Source: Podarcis bocagei | Taxonomy: Eukaryota | Length of the DNA: 64,000 nucleotides | Assembly: GCA_964188305.1 (NCBI GenBank) | Contig: OZ076885.1 | Direction: 5' to 3' (one strand) | Shown: positions 12,536 through 24,896 of the stretch, piece after piece | Layout of the letters: every line of letters begins with the position of its first letter | Position numbering within the stretch: position 1 is the stretch's first letter | Made by a program: the position numbers and the translations under genes | The notes under the pieces: generated by a model | Database searches by the model: none | Seen by the model: only the letters and a program-made list of their open reading frames with translations | What the model was told of the DNA's origin: nothing

Positions 12536-13717
12536 ACTTGGTGCCTTCTGCATATGAATAATGGGCTCTACAGCTTGAACTGTGGTCCCTTTGTCATATT
12601 GCTGGTCCCTTCCTATAGGAATTATTGTCTGTATCTTATTTATATTTTATTGATCTTTCATTAGGCCTCTTGTGGCTCACAGAATCAGTTTGTTTGTTTG
12701 TTTATTTATTTTTACTTTGTACTTAACTGATCCATGGCAAAATGCTTAGGTGGACTTTTTTTTTTTTTTTAGTACATTCCTCTGGAAGCCTTCCAGGCTT
12801 TGACAGATGACAAGGGGAAGTCAGCCTCAAACTTAAGGAGCAGCCACTGAGAGTGCTTGCTCCACAAAACTTGGCAATGGAATGTGCTGCTGATTACTGC
12901 TATGCAACCATGGGTATCCCAGAACCTAGCCTTAGGCTTTATCGGCCCATTCAGGAGAAATTGAGGTGGAATGAACTGTACCACTTCAAAACCAGGTTGT
13001 GATTCCAATTTTGAATAATCTCCCATGTAACAAATTCCCTGATGATAGAACTACATAAAGCAGAAGAGGAGGAGGAGGAGTGGATTTGATATCCCGCTTT
13101 ATCACTACCCGAAGGAGTCTCAAAACGGCTAACATTCTCCTTTCCCTTCTTCCCCCACAACAAACACTCTGTGAGGTGAGTGGGGCTGAGAGACTTCAAA
13201 GAACTAGCCCAAGGTCACCCAGCAGCTGCATGTGGAAGAGCGGAGACACGAACCCGGTTCACCAGATTACGAGACTTGGTGCCTTCTGCATATGAATAAT
13301 GGGCTCTACAGCTTGAACTGTGGTCCCTTTGTCATATTGCTGGTCCCTTCCTATAGGAATTATTGTCTGTATCTTATTTATATTTTATTGATCTTTCATT
13401 AGGCCTCTTGTGGCTCACAGAATCAGTTTGTTTGTTTGTTTATTTATTTTTACTTTGTACTTAACTGATCCATGGCAAAATGCTTAGGTGGACTTTTTTT
13501 TTTTTTTTAAGTACATTCCTCTGGAAGCCTTCCAGGCTTTGACAGATGACAAGGGGAAGTCAGCCTCAAACTTAAGGAGCAGCCACTGAGAGTGCTTGCT
13601 CCACAAAACTTGGCAATGGAATGTGCTGCTGATTACTGCTATGCAACCATGGGTATCCCAGAACCTAGCCTTAGGCTTTATCGGCCCATTCAGGAGAAAT
13701 TGAGGTGGAATGAACTG
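12536..13717. repeat. Local direct duplication: 12536-12978 repeated at 13274-13717
   Basis: 443 vs 444 bp. The only difference I found is one extra A after the T15 run. Confidence 0.95.
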
Positions 13718-13798
13718 CCCCTCCGCTAGGTGAAATAATGAAGAGGAGATTGTTGGATTAATTAGCCAGTCTCTTAACCACTACACCACACTTGCTCT
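13062..13798 (-). mobile_element. Squam3-type tRNA-derived SINE, split into body (13062-13273) and head (13771-13798)
   Basis: Minus-strand head AGAGCAAGTGTGGTGTAGTGGTTAAGAG (A box). Body contains CCGGGTTCGTGTCTCC (B box), GGGTGACCTTGGGCTAG and a (CTC/CTT)n tail. Confidence 0.85.
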
Positions 13799-16700
13799 TT
13801 TAAAGAGAGAGAGAGATTATGCACCTGCAGACTGAATAGGTAAAGTCCATCCTATCACATCATTCTCTTGCATATGTGGTCCAGTGATAAGTCAAAGAGC
13901 ATTTCAGGCCTGTAAATCTGAGGGCTGGTATACACTTGCAGCAGAATGATGTGGTTAAACACTGAGGTTGCCCTGCAGGAAGAGCCAGTTCACTGCAGGT
14001 TTATAAATGCAAATAATAAATAAATATAACCACTGCAAACATTGCTAGCCAAAGGCTAAATGTGGCATTATGTATATATACCTGTCCAAGAGACAGGTTG
14101 TCTTTGTTTGCAGTCAGCTCTGAACAAGGATTTAATTCTAATAATACTCTGGGAATCCTGATTCCCAGTTATGCTGTTATTTTATATATTCTCGGATATT
14201 CCAGGCAAGCTGGGAGGAAGAACTAGTTATGTTAGTGTGTTGCAACTGACATGAAGGTGTCCTTGCACTTGATTTTTGACCTTTCTCTTCCCCTCCCGGG
14301 ACAGAATATGTCACTTCACTTTCTTGGTCTTTGGCTTTTACTGCAGTCATGTCAATATTCACTTAACACAAAAGGGCATCTCTTTCAATAATGCACATCA
14401 AAGGTGTTTTGCTATAAAAACCTGGACAATCCAAGCAAGCCTTATGCAACATATTATACAGCATCTGGGTTAAGGGCAGCTTGGAGTGTTCTGTTTTTAA
14501 AAAAAGCAAGAGGAGCTTTATAGCAAGTAATCTATAGCTGTATAGAGATGGATAAAGCAGTAGTTGGGTAGGATGTACACCACTTTGGGATTAGGTGTTT
14601 TTTTGTGTGTGTGTGACCCTTTCATAGTTTGGGAGGATTCAGTGTTTAACATTTTCAAGAACAATCAAAGCAGAACATTGAACAGATATTTTATGCTTCT
14701 GGAGTTAAGTTTACATGCAGTAGCAAGGGAATTGAAAGGTTTTAGCAGGCATGCATAGAATAGTGGATGATGAGGGGAGTGGATTTGCCTTAGGACTCCC
14801 TGTTAATGAGAAAATATCAGTTCCATTCACCACGGCTGTGTGTATCTGCCTGTTCCACCCATGAGAATAAACACCCATCATGATAAAATAAGAAAATTAT
14901 AGGAAGAAATGAGACATTGAAAGATTATCTAGTCTGTCTCCCCACCCAACTGGGACCAATTATCCCTATTACCATCCCTGATGCAAGAAAAACACTTAAA
15001 TTTCATAATGTAATAATTTCCAGCCATAATAGTGTGTGTTTTCCATAGGGTGTAAATTGAATAATAAAGTGACTGATGTCAGTGGAGTTCCCAAATACAG
15101 ATCTCAAGTCCAGCCCTGTGAATCTTTCTATTTTAGTACAGAAGAGTTCAGTAGTTACGTTTGATTTTTTTTAACAGGGTATGACATATTCTGTTGACTA
15201 GGCTTTCCCCAAAATCATTAAAGGGATATCAATTCTGTAAAAATGTTTGCTGACAATATGCCTAGCTGAGCTTTGAAGCAAAAGTTAGGTGCATGACAGA
15301 ATACCAGCCATCTGGCAACCAAACATATTTCACTCCTACCTAACCTCTGACTTCAGAATTGTCAGAGCCTTCCTATAGCACCTGTTCTGTAGGGCAGGGA
15401 TTTCTGTTTCAGAACCCTTCAAGTGATGGTGATGAATATGCTCCCAAATAATAATAATCTAAGCTGCAGCTGTTGAATTTTAAAAGTTTCCTCCACATAA
15501 AAAGTTATGCTTTGCTTTTACATTTTAAGGACTGTGCTGTATAGCACGCGAATAAAGCCAGTGTGCATTTCTTCATTGCAATGAAATGTGACGTTAAGCT
15601 ATTACTTGAAAACTGTTTTCCAGTGTAAATTTTATGCCTACCATGGGAAACAATAGTAGCTATGTTCATTGTTATAACCTTGATGGGGAAGCCCAGTCTG
15701 CTTGTTCATTTAATCATGCAAGGAACTGAGGATTCTTGTATCCTCACCCACTTTTGCTTCCTGACTTCTACTCACAGTGATAATATGTAGTGAATGTTGT
15801 GATTGCGTAAATTCTTGCTGTTTAAAAAAAAAAAGTATGTAGAAATGAAATATTTATTTTAATCTCTGGATAAATTGCATAATTTAGAAATACATTTAAT
15901 TTGCATATTCTAAAAGCACATCCAGGATTCAAGCAGGCAAATTATTTGCAGGCATAGAGATCTGAATCTCAGCCCATGAGAGGAAGGGTAGGCAAAAGTC
16001 TGGAAAGCCTAGGCATGGAGATGTGGAACAAAGGCATAGGGTTAAATATTAACAAGGTTGGGGGACCCAAAATTGTCTGTTGGATCAGAGTTAGCTAGCT
16101 TGTACAGTCAAAGAAGACAATGTAGGATGGCCCTGTTTATAGAAAAGAATCAGTAGCATATATGACAAATTTTGTCCTAGTTGTTCAGTTTCCTGACTTG
16201 AGAATACGGAGAAATTTGGTAAGATCAGAACCAGCTGTTCTCCAGGTTTCTTTCACCGAGTGGACTGCACTGCGCCAGGTGGGAGATGAACTGTAGCTTT
16301 TAATGGCATGTATTTTCTCTGCTGAGATCGCCTATGATGACAGAGATAGAAATTTTTTAAATAAAATAAAAATAATTATGCTGATGGGGTATTTTCCCAG
16401 CTTGTAGTACTGTAAGCTTATTACCTGCCCTCAGGCTCTGGAACACTGGTAAGCTGTTTGCTTACAATATAAGCCCTGGAAACAGATGGTCAGTCCCCTG
16501 CTATTGCTGTCAGCCAAAGGCAGCCTTGGCCTTGTTGTATAAGGGAGACTTCCGATTCCATCAACGAGGCAGAAATATTAGTTTCTGACAAATAAATCAT
16601 CCCCATCCCTTCTACTGATTGTAGAACACATTTCAGAGTCCACGGTTTTCTCTTTTCAGTGTGTTAGGCACTTGGGTTTATGTAGTTTTTTCCGCCACGT

Positions 16701-18317
16701 GCTTTCCTTTGTGGCAAGAATGCTTATATGTAATGTTGCATAGAGGCTGCCCCATAGAGAGTCGGCCAATCTCAGTTTTCTCTGTACTCCCTGGTAGTGT
16801 CTCTCTAGGGTTTTTGATGGGAGACTTTCACAAACCTACCTGGAGATGCTGGATATTGAACACAAGACCTTCAGATGTTCAACCCATTGAGCTACAGCCC
16901 TTCCTAAACCACCAATAACCTGCCAGTCCCTTCCCAAAGAGAGTACTGAATTCTTATTTTAACCATGAACTGTGAAATCCATTTACTATACTTATTACTG
17001 AGCCAGTCTTGAGCGTGCAGCCTTGCCACACATAGCCATAAATGCTCGCTTGCCACACATATCTACTACATAAGTCATTGGTGGGCTAAAGAAACAGCTT
17101 TCGTAAAATAAAATTTTGCTCAGTGAGCTAGCAACTGGTGAATTGTAAGTTATAACAGCTTACTTTAGTTCCCATTTTCTTGGAACTGGTGGTCAAACAG
17201 GCAGAGAAATATGGTACAAATTGAAAACCTTTTAAGATTAAAATTCCTAAATGTACACTGAGATATTTTATTCAGCGTGTTAACCCTCCTCAGGGTCTAT
17301 AATTGAGGGCAGTTCCTGTGTTGGTGGTGGATGGGGGTGGGGTGGAAGAAACTAACTGATTCCTACTGCTTTATCTAATAAACTTCTGCATCATCAGTGT
17401 TAGTCCCACCCAAACATTCCTATGCATTAACTAGGCCTGTGGGCATCATCATCGTCAATAGATCTGTGCGGAGACCAGCACATCTGTTAAAACATGGATT
17501 GTGATGGGAAAAGCTTACATGGGTGTAATTACATGTGTGTAAATGAGCCTTTTTAATGATCCATTTGCTCCCTGATGGGGTTAGTAGCCTTTATATATAT
17601 GAGGGAATAGCACTTTTTCCATTTTACAGCTACTCAGTATTTTAAAGAGCCAGAGCAAACCCAATTTCAGATACATATATAATGGGCGAAATGAAACTGT
17701 GTTACAGCGAAGTGAAGCTGAATTGAAGCATGAACAGATCCCAGAAGCACAACATAGGGTGTCCTCCACTGCAATTAAGAGAGAGAGGGGGGGGCAGACC
17801 AAGGAAGCAGACATTGGAAGTGCTATTGATGTATCACTGATGTGGTCCGAGAAGCACTTGGGATGATAATGTTGCTCTCTTTGCTCTCCCATCCGACACA
17901 GAACTTATTTTTATTTTTATCACTGAAGGCCCTTGCAATATGTGTGTCGGGTAAGGTATGTGTATAAGAATGAAATTTATAATTTATTAGAAGGCAGTAG
18001 AACGTGTGCTATCATTTTTCCCGTAGGCAAAGCCAGTTTTTGTGTAAGGTAATTCCACTGACAAGATGAAGGATCCATTCTGAGCCAGCAGACTGCAAGC
18101 AAGAGGCCAATTATACCTGTAACAGGGTAGCCATAGCCAACGACTTGTCACACTCCAGTGGACGGCACTACTAATGTACAGTTCCCAGGATTAAAAGTTG
18201 GCCGTCTAGTGTGCACCCAAGTGCATCTCAAAGCAATAAGCTTTAGTGATGTAGAGATGTATCTTAATCACAGTGCCTACTCTAGTATCACTTACTGGTT
18301 TCCAAATCTTAAATCCG

Positions 18318-18530
18318 GAATGGTGTAGTGTTTAATAGAATGAGCTGTGGACCAGCAAATCCCTGCTTCAAATTTCACGGCAGTCTTGAACTCATTGAGT
18401 GCCCTCCAGCACACTTATGTTTCAGCCTTATCCCTACTTGCAATAACTAGATGATAATATTGGCCTGCCTTATTGGGGTGTTGGGAGAGATTGCTGAGGT
18501 AATGTTGCTAAAAGGGCATTGTATGGCTGA
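18318..18530 (+). mobile_element. Old MIR-like CORE-SINE
   Basis: A-box-like TGGTGTAGTG head, degenerate B box and CORE-like GATAATATTGGCCTGCCTTATTGGGGTGTTGGGAG. Confidence 0.5.
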
Positions 18531-18901
18531 GGAAAAATGCTCTATGAATTACCTGTCAATAATGTACCGTAAGCAAAATGAGTACTGCATTTTAATCATC
18601 TCTGCCTAAATTTGCAATATAACTTGCAATTTCTTGTAATAACTGCTTGTTGTTTTTTTAAGCATATGTATTGTAACCCTTACCACTAAACAGAAGTTTA
18701 ATGCAGCATTGAAATGCTAATCTAAAATCTGCAAAGCAGAAGACAAATGAGATTAAGGCATAAACTATCAACATGTTTTACATGAGCAAATGGATTTTTG
18801 ATAACTTAGTTGTAGGCAGCTCTCTGATTTTTTTCTGGAACATGTAGTGGATCAATTTTCTTTGTAAAGAAAAATGTTATGTTAAACTTTTTTTCTGGCA
18901 G

Positions 18902-18972
18902 GGTGTGGGCACTGTAAGAAAATGAAGCCGGAATATGAGAACGCCGCTGAGGTGCTCCACGCAGACAGTGAT
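18902..18972 (+). CDS. PDIA5: PDIA5 internal coding exon (71 bp, approx. human exon 12) with the WCGHC active site
   Basis: Acceptor tttttttctggcAG and donor GTaagc. Translates as (W)CGHCKKMKPEYENAAEVLHADSD, matching remembered PDIA5 WCGHCKKMKPEFEKAAEALHGEAD. Confidence 0.96.
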
Positions 18973-20172
18973 GTAAGCTAATTCCCTCTTCTTAGCCTGT
19001 TTCCAAATTATCCTTAATAAATAAATGAAATCATAAAAATTGTTCTCCTTTCTTGCTGCAAGAATTTCAGCTGTTCTCATCTTCCCAAGGGGCTGCAAAA
19101 GCGATGGTTCCAAAGTAGAAGCTCATCGGTAATGCATGAGCTCTGCCAGAATTGTTAGCAAGAACATTCTGTCTTTAAACACAAACAAAACATTCACAGG
19201 GTGTTTATATATTCAGCCGTAGAGCCTTGCATTGTACATAACATGATTGAGCCCAAATGCTGCACAGAAATGTTTTGTCCCCACTATTAATTACAGGTTT
19301 CATGTATAACACAAACCTATGAAAGCATTGGCTTACATTTAATGCTGTGCACTTGTAAACTAATAAGGGTGTTCTCCCCTTCTGTTTAAGCAGGTGTTAC
19401 TGACTTTGACTTGATTTTCTGCCTACCTATTGTGCATTCCAGTATTGCAGAGAAGAGTTAGGCACGACTGCTATCATTAGTATAATTAAAACCATGCACT
19501 AATAGGTCATGCAACAAGAGCTGGCCTCACTGCATAATTTGAGCACTTGTTAACTATGTTCTGGGAGTATATATTTGGGGGAGGGGGAGGGGTTCTTACC
19601 TGCTGTTTAATGGCTGAAGGACTTTAGACATAAAGGTGGGTAGAATTTTGCAAACCCAGGAAAAACCATCATGGAGTCTTACGCTACAAATGGGAAGTCT
19701 TGCTGGGTAAATGCTCTTCATTCAAGGCTCAGGGCCATGCTAGGTCATCCCATCATTACACATGTGCAGCAAGTGTTGATTTTTTAAAAATTGTTTTATC
19801 CTTTTATGATTCTTTTTTAAACAATCAAGCGGTGTATAATTTTTTTGAAATAAATGTATGTTGGCCAGTTAATAGTTTCACAGCTTTTATTCTCCCTTTC
19901 TGCAACATATAGCAATAATGCTTTAGTAGATTGGATGGAAATTTTCCTATAAGGATTTACCCTTAAAATGGAAAAACATTATTTGTCTTAACAAAACTGA
20001 TTAAACCGTTCTTCTGTTTGTGGTGATAGAAAGGTTCAAGTACACCTTTCTATGTATGCTTTGCACTTCCTTTGTAAAACCCATTCTGGGCTCTGAATGA
20101 CTGGCTTATGAATTCTCCCTAAGCTTCACAACCAGTGATTTGTAGTTACAGGTATTACTCTTTATATTGCAG

Positions 20173-20336
20173 AGACCAGGTGTCCTGGCAGCAGTAGATG
20201 CTACTGTCAACAAAGCTGTAGCAGAAAGGTTTCATATATCAGGATTTCCAACACTCAAGTACTTCCAGGATGGAGAAGAGAAATATACTTTGCCACACCT
20301 CCGAACAAAGAGTAAAATTGTTGAATGGCTCCAAAA
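20173..20336 (+). CDS. PDIA5: PDIA5 internal coding exon (164 bp)
   Basis: Acceptor tttatattgcAG and donor GTaagt. Translates as RPGVLAAVDATVNKAVAERFHISGFPTLKYFQDGEEKYTLPHLRTKSKIVEWLQ(N). Phase 0 in, phase 2 out, consistent with both neighbours. Confidence 0.97.
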
Positions 20337-20827
20337 GTAAGTGGTTGGCACCAAAGATTTATCAAGATTAACAACTAGCCACAGATGGTTACTTTTTAAA
20401 GATGTTTAAAAAGAAGTTTTTAGCAGCTCCATCTCTTTCCATTTAAGACTTTTATTTAAAACACCCCAATGCAAACTGTGGTGTCCCACAGAAAGCTAAA
20501 CAAACATGGGGTATGTTTAGCCAGGAGGTAGTTTTGTTAGTATTTTCAAAACTAAATGGGCTTGTGCTTTCAGGTAGCTTGAGAACAGCAAACACAGAAG
20601 TGAATGGTGTATGGGAGGGAGAAGGAAGGTTGCTGCCACAGTGGAAATGTATTAGCTATTCTGTACTTTTTTGCAAATCTTTCAATATATTTTATAAGCA
20701 TATCAAGGATATGATGGGACAGAGCAGAGACACCCCTTTGCTACTTTGACTTGGAAGATATGGCCAACTTCCCTCAGATCTGGGGTTGTTTCAAAAAACC
20801 CTGGTTGTGTTTTTGTTTAAACATAGT

Positions 20828-21262
20828 TGTAATGGGAATTGGGGTTGCTTGTGCGTAAACTGCAAACTGCTCCAAGCTGGTCGTATAGCTAAACCTTTCT
20901 CTGGTTTGACAGCCCTTATAACGCGACTGTCTCAGTCACTGGCAGAATCCGTTTGTGGGCGTCTCCTAAACTTCCTCCAACATAGAAATTCTTTGATGCC
21001 AAGTCTCCTCCTAGATTCTCTGCGCGGAAGCCTTCTGCGCAGCGTGGGCGTGCCAAGCGGAGGTCCTGTGCTCTCTCCGCTGATTTCACTGGAAGAGTCT
21101 CGGAGCCTCCCCTCTGCAGTACTCTCAGCCTCCCCTTTCTCCCTGGTGTCCCCTGGATTTCCTTCCCCAGCGGAAGCTCTCTCTCTCTCCTTGCTAGTTC
21201 CCTCCCCTGCATCATTGGAGCGTCTTACCTCTCCTCTTGCCTCTGATGGCAGTTCCCTGACA
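20828..21262. mobile_element. Solo LTR (435 bp), probably Gypsy-type
   Basis: TG...CA ends with imperfect inverted termini (TGTAATGGGAA...TTCCCTGACA) and an exact 5-bp TSD ATAGT (20823-20827 and 21263-21267). Confidence 0.8.
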
Positions 21263-21279
21263 ATAGTGTTTTACAAATA

Positions 21280-21517
21280 TGTTTTTTAAAAAAAGATATT
21301 TATTGAAAGTTTTTAAGCTATAACAAGAAAAAAGAAAAATAAACATACAAAATAAAAAAACAGTTAAAAACACACATAACTTCCATACACTTATTTCCTC
21401 GGACCTCCTCATACCTCCCTTCTTTGTATTCCAATTCGATTTGTTAGCTCAGCAAATCCTTACCATTAAACTTTTACCCATTTGTGAAACCTTTTTTTTT
21501 TCATATCTCTTAAAGCC
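21280..21517 (-). mobile_element. Severely 5'-truncated L1/Tx1-like LINE 3' UTR
   Basis: Minus-strand AATAAA followed by a short A-rich end. 17-bp TSD ATAGTGTTTTACAAATA at 21263-21279 and 21518-21534. Confidence 0.75.
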
Positions 21518-21648
21518 ATAGTGTTTTACAAATAATAGTTTCCTGCAGTTTGCACGAAACATAGATTGCCTCCAAAACTGAAACTTAGCAACTGTGAGGA
21601 ACAGGAACCCTACATCACATTCCTAATCCTCCAGACTATGGTTTGGAA

Positions 21649-22105
21649 CAGGGGTGGGGAATTTCCAGACCCTGTGCCAAACTTGGCCCACCAGGGGTTC
21701 AGATTTGGCCCACAAAGTCATTTGCCCCCAAACCACCTGACTCACATCTCATGTCACATGTGGTGAAAGATGCGGGGGGGGGGGAGCGTAGAAACAGAGC
21801 TGTCAATGCACAGTCAAGAGTCTTTAAAGCTGTTCCTGATTGTGCACTGGCAAGGGAAACAGGCTTTGTCACTGTGGCTTGCCAGCCGATGGGTGGTAAA
21901 GCCAAAGTCCTGGGCATTTTAAACCATGCAGGGTGGGCTTCTGCTTTGAAGTCCCAACTTCAAAGTGTCCAATCCCTTGATGTCATTGTGACGTCAGACA
22001 GTTGACAGCTCGGCAGCCTCACCTATCTATCAGTTTGACCCGCAAGGCTAGGAATTGACAGGGATCTGGACCACAAAGCCAAAACAGATTCCCAAACAGC
22101 CCTGT
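21649..22105. mobile_element. Old hAT (Charlie-like) non-autonomous element
   Basis: Degenerate termini CAGGGGTGGGGAA...TTCCCAAACAGCCCTG. Confidence 0.45.
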
Positions 22106-22148
22106 AGCCTACCTTCCATGCTTGATGAGGCACCATTTAGCTGCCATG

Positions 22149-22150
<2 letters not shown>

Positions 22151-22196
<46 letters not shown>
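22151..22196. repeat. (GA)n microsatellite
   Basis: Directly visible. Confidence 0.95.
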
Positions 22197-22199
<3 letters not shown>

Positions 22200-23955
22200 G
22201 CTGCTACTGCTGAGTACTGTCACAAAAATAGTCCTTACATTTAGCAATAAGTACCCAGTCCTGCTCTACTCATCACAAAAACTGCAGAATAAACAAACTC
22301 TTATTGCTTACTACAGGCTAAAGTCTGTCCACTCAATACCTTCCCTGAGGGTAGATTTTTCATGATCACAATAACCCTGTTATTACTTAAGTAAAACTCT
22401 TCAGTGAGTTTTACTTTTTCAAATGAGGCTTGCCCTGTATCAATTTTTCAGAAGCCCCCATTATTAAACTATTCATATGCTTAAAACAAAAAAAGTTGTC
22501 ATCCTTTGTATGGAGGTTGACATTGTCTGTCATGTCAAAAATTAAACAATTGAAAAAAACTTGGGGGCAGAGTCCTACACTGGCTACAGGGCTGCTCCCA
22601 CACCGCTGGTTTGGAAGACTGGAAACATATTTGAAGCAACCCAGTACCTTGCGTTTGACTGTGCAGCTACCCAAGAGAATTTTTTTTTCTTCTTCTTCTT
22701 CTTTTTTTTTACAAGGGACTGTTAAGTGAATTTGTAAAGTTTGGAAGCAGCAGGTAAACACTATTACATGTGCTTTTTGTTGTGTTTTGTACCTAGATAA
22801 ATATTTGCTTTTGGGGAAAATAACATATTTTGCCCCAAACCCTAACAGGCCCACCACTTTGATGGATGTAGAAAAATGTGTTGAGCCTAAGCTTAATGCA
22901 TATTGAAAACTGTGTAATTCCAAGAGGCAGGACTTACTGGTGGTGGCATTTTTGTTGATGGTTACAGAGCTTATTCATTATGAAAGCTGCCAATTAGCCA
23001 AGGGCAAATTGCATCATTTTGAATCAAATGGTAAATTCATGAGTTGAAAACCCATGTACTACTGCACACAGGGAAAAATACAAAAGTGTCCTTTAGGGAG
23101 AGGGTGTGTGAATTCTTAATGGTTTGTAGAAAAAAAGTTTAAATTTGCCAGGTTGGCATTAAGGGTGCATAAAAAGACTCCTTTTAGTGTTTTGAAAACT
23201 ACTTGGCAGTGCTGGAATTTAAACTATATAATTGGGAAACATGTGCCTTGAGGCATATACCCTCTACTTTTTGAGCATCTGAGTTTTAATTAACAGTATT
23301 TTGCACTTTTATTATCTGTGGTTCTTGAAAGATCATTATAGTAAGTTTAATTAATTTAGCTTCACTGTGGCTTTATGAAAGCGTTTCAGCTATACATACC
23401 TTAAATACTAATACGGTGAATAGTGAGAGACTCTCCAACTAGACATGGTTCCCACAGGATGTCTTATCTGTCACAGAGCTACAATTCAGTGGCTGCAAGA
23501 AACTAAGTTGCTCTTGGTGTAGTAGGAAACATGTTAAACTCCGGATATCAGGTTCTAATGCTAGCACGATGTCTGAACCCATCAAGCTGTGGTTAATCTT
23601 AACTATGCTTTATTGAATCATAATAGGTAGTTTGAAATTAATTTTTTATTGGGTTTGGATAAAACGACAAGCTGATGATGATTGAAAATGTAAGGCAAAG
23701 CTTCTGATCTTCTCCTTTGCACCCAACATGGGAAAAGGAAAGGAGAGTGCAAATTCCAAGGCTTCTTGTCAATCATTTCAAACCTGATAAACCATGGTAT
23801 ATCATGATGTCTGAATCAGTTATAAGTAAATGAGACAGGTAACTTTTTTAATAAAACGTTTAGTTTGACAAAGTTCTTCCAAAGAAGGCTTTGGCATTTT
23901 GCGTCTATTCTTACCAGTAAAAAAAAGAAAAGCTAAAACATTATTCAATCTTCAG

Positions 23956-24086
23956 TCCACAGGCGCCGCCTCCACCTGAACCAACTTGGGAAGAAAGGCA
24001 AACAAGTGTAATCCATCTAGCAGGAGAAGACTTCAGGGAATCTCTGAAGAAAAAGAAACACGCTCTTGTGATGTTCTATGCTCCAT
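23956..24086 (+). CDS. PDIA5: PDIA5 internal coding exon (131 bp)
   Basis: Acceptor caatcttcAG and donor GTgagt. Translates as (N)PQAPPPPEPTWEERQTSVIHLAGEDFRESLKKKKHALVMFYAP(W). Confidence 0.97.
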
Positions 24087-24642
24087 GTGAGTAGATGTTT
24101 ATCTGAATCATGCCTCTAATCATGCAAATACATAGAGTGCAGCAGAAAGAGTAATACCTTTTCAGTGCTTTTGCACCAAACTAGACATGAGTGCATTCTG
24201 AGTTTTAGATATGCTCAGAAATGCATCTCAATTCTCTGCCAATTTGGCCCTCATGATATTGATTGGGCCAGCACTGCGGGGGAGCCAACTGTGTTGGAAA
24301 GGTAGGTCCAACATCAGAACTGTCTCCCTGACATTAGAGAGGGCTCCTCGATACAACCTGTGGCCTCTGGGTTGCTCTCTTCGGCGTGTAGCCTTTGTTT
24401 GTTTGAAAGAAAAATAAGAAACTGCAGGTAACAAGCCTGTTCTGCACCAATATGAGCCACTCTGTAGTTGAGAAGAACATATTGGTGTTCTGAACATTTA
24501 GTATAATGACTTTAGCTTTTATGTAGAAATATGCTGAACTTCAAAATTCCTGTTACAGGTAGGTAGCCGTGTTGGTCTGCCATAGTCAAAATAAAAAAAT
24601 TCCTTCCAGTAGCACCTTAAAGACCAACTAAGTTAGTTCTTG

Positions 24643-24824
24643 GTATGAGCTTTCGTGTGCATGCAGACTTCTTCAGATACATAGCACCTTAAAGACCAAC
24701 TAAGTTAGTTCTTGGTATGAGCTTTCGTGTGCATGCAGACTTCTTCAGATACATAGCACCTTAAAGACCAACTAAGTTAGTTCTTGGTATGAGCTTTCGT
24801 GTGCATGCAGACTTCTTCAGATAC
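24643..24824 (-). ncRNA. Three further minimal hammerhead motifs (24643-24680, 24715-24752, 24787-24824)
   Basis: Same motif as unit 4, but stem II is GUCUG/CACAC with one C-C mismatch. Confidence 0.72.
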
Positions 24825-24858
24825 ATAGCACCTTAAAGACCAACTAAGTTAGTTCTTG

Positions 24859-24896
24859 GTATGAGCTTTCGTGTGCATGCACACTTCTTCAGATAC
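24859..24896 (-). ncRNA. Minimal type I hammerhead ribozyme motif (unit 4, fully paired stem II)
   Basis: Minus strand reads GUAU-CUGAAGA-A-GUGUG-CAUG-CACAC-GAAA-GC-UC-AUAC. It has a 4-bp stem I, the CUGANGA and GAAA core boxes, a palindromic AGCU in place of stem III, and a UC cleavage site. Confidence 0.8.

Noticed and set aside
1-18901. Earlier PDIA5 exons (for example the ...VMFHAP/VMFYAP exon preceding WCGHC)
   Set aside because: Not found by eye. They are probably upstream of the window, which implies an intron of more than 18.9 kb. A tBLASTn search would settle this.
20786-21289. 167-aa Ser/Leu/Pro-rich ORF
   Set aside because: It coincides with the solo LTR and crosses its boundaries, and it has no recognisable domain.
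22411-22923. 170-aa minus-strand ORF
   Set aside because: AT-rich, runs through a simple T/CTT tract, and has no domain or splice support.
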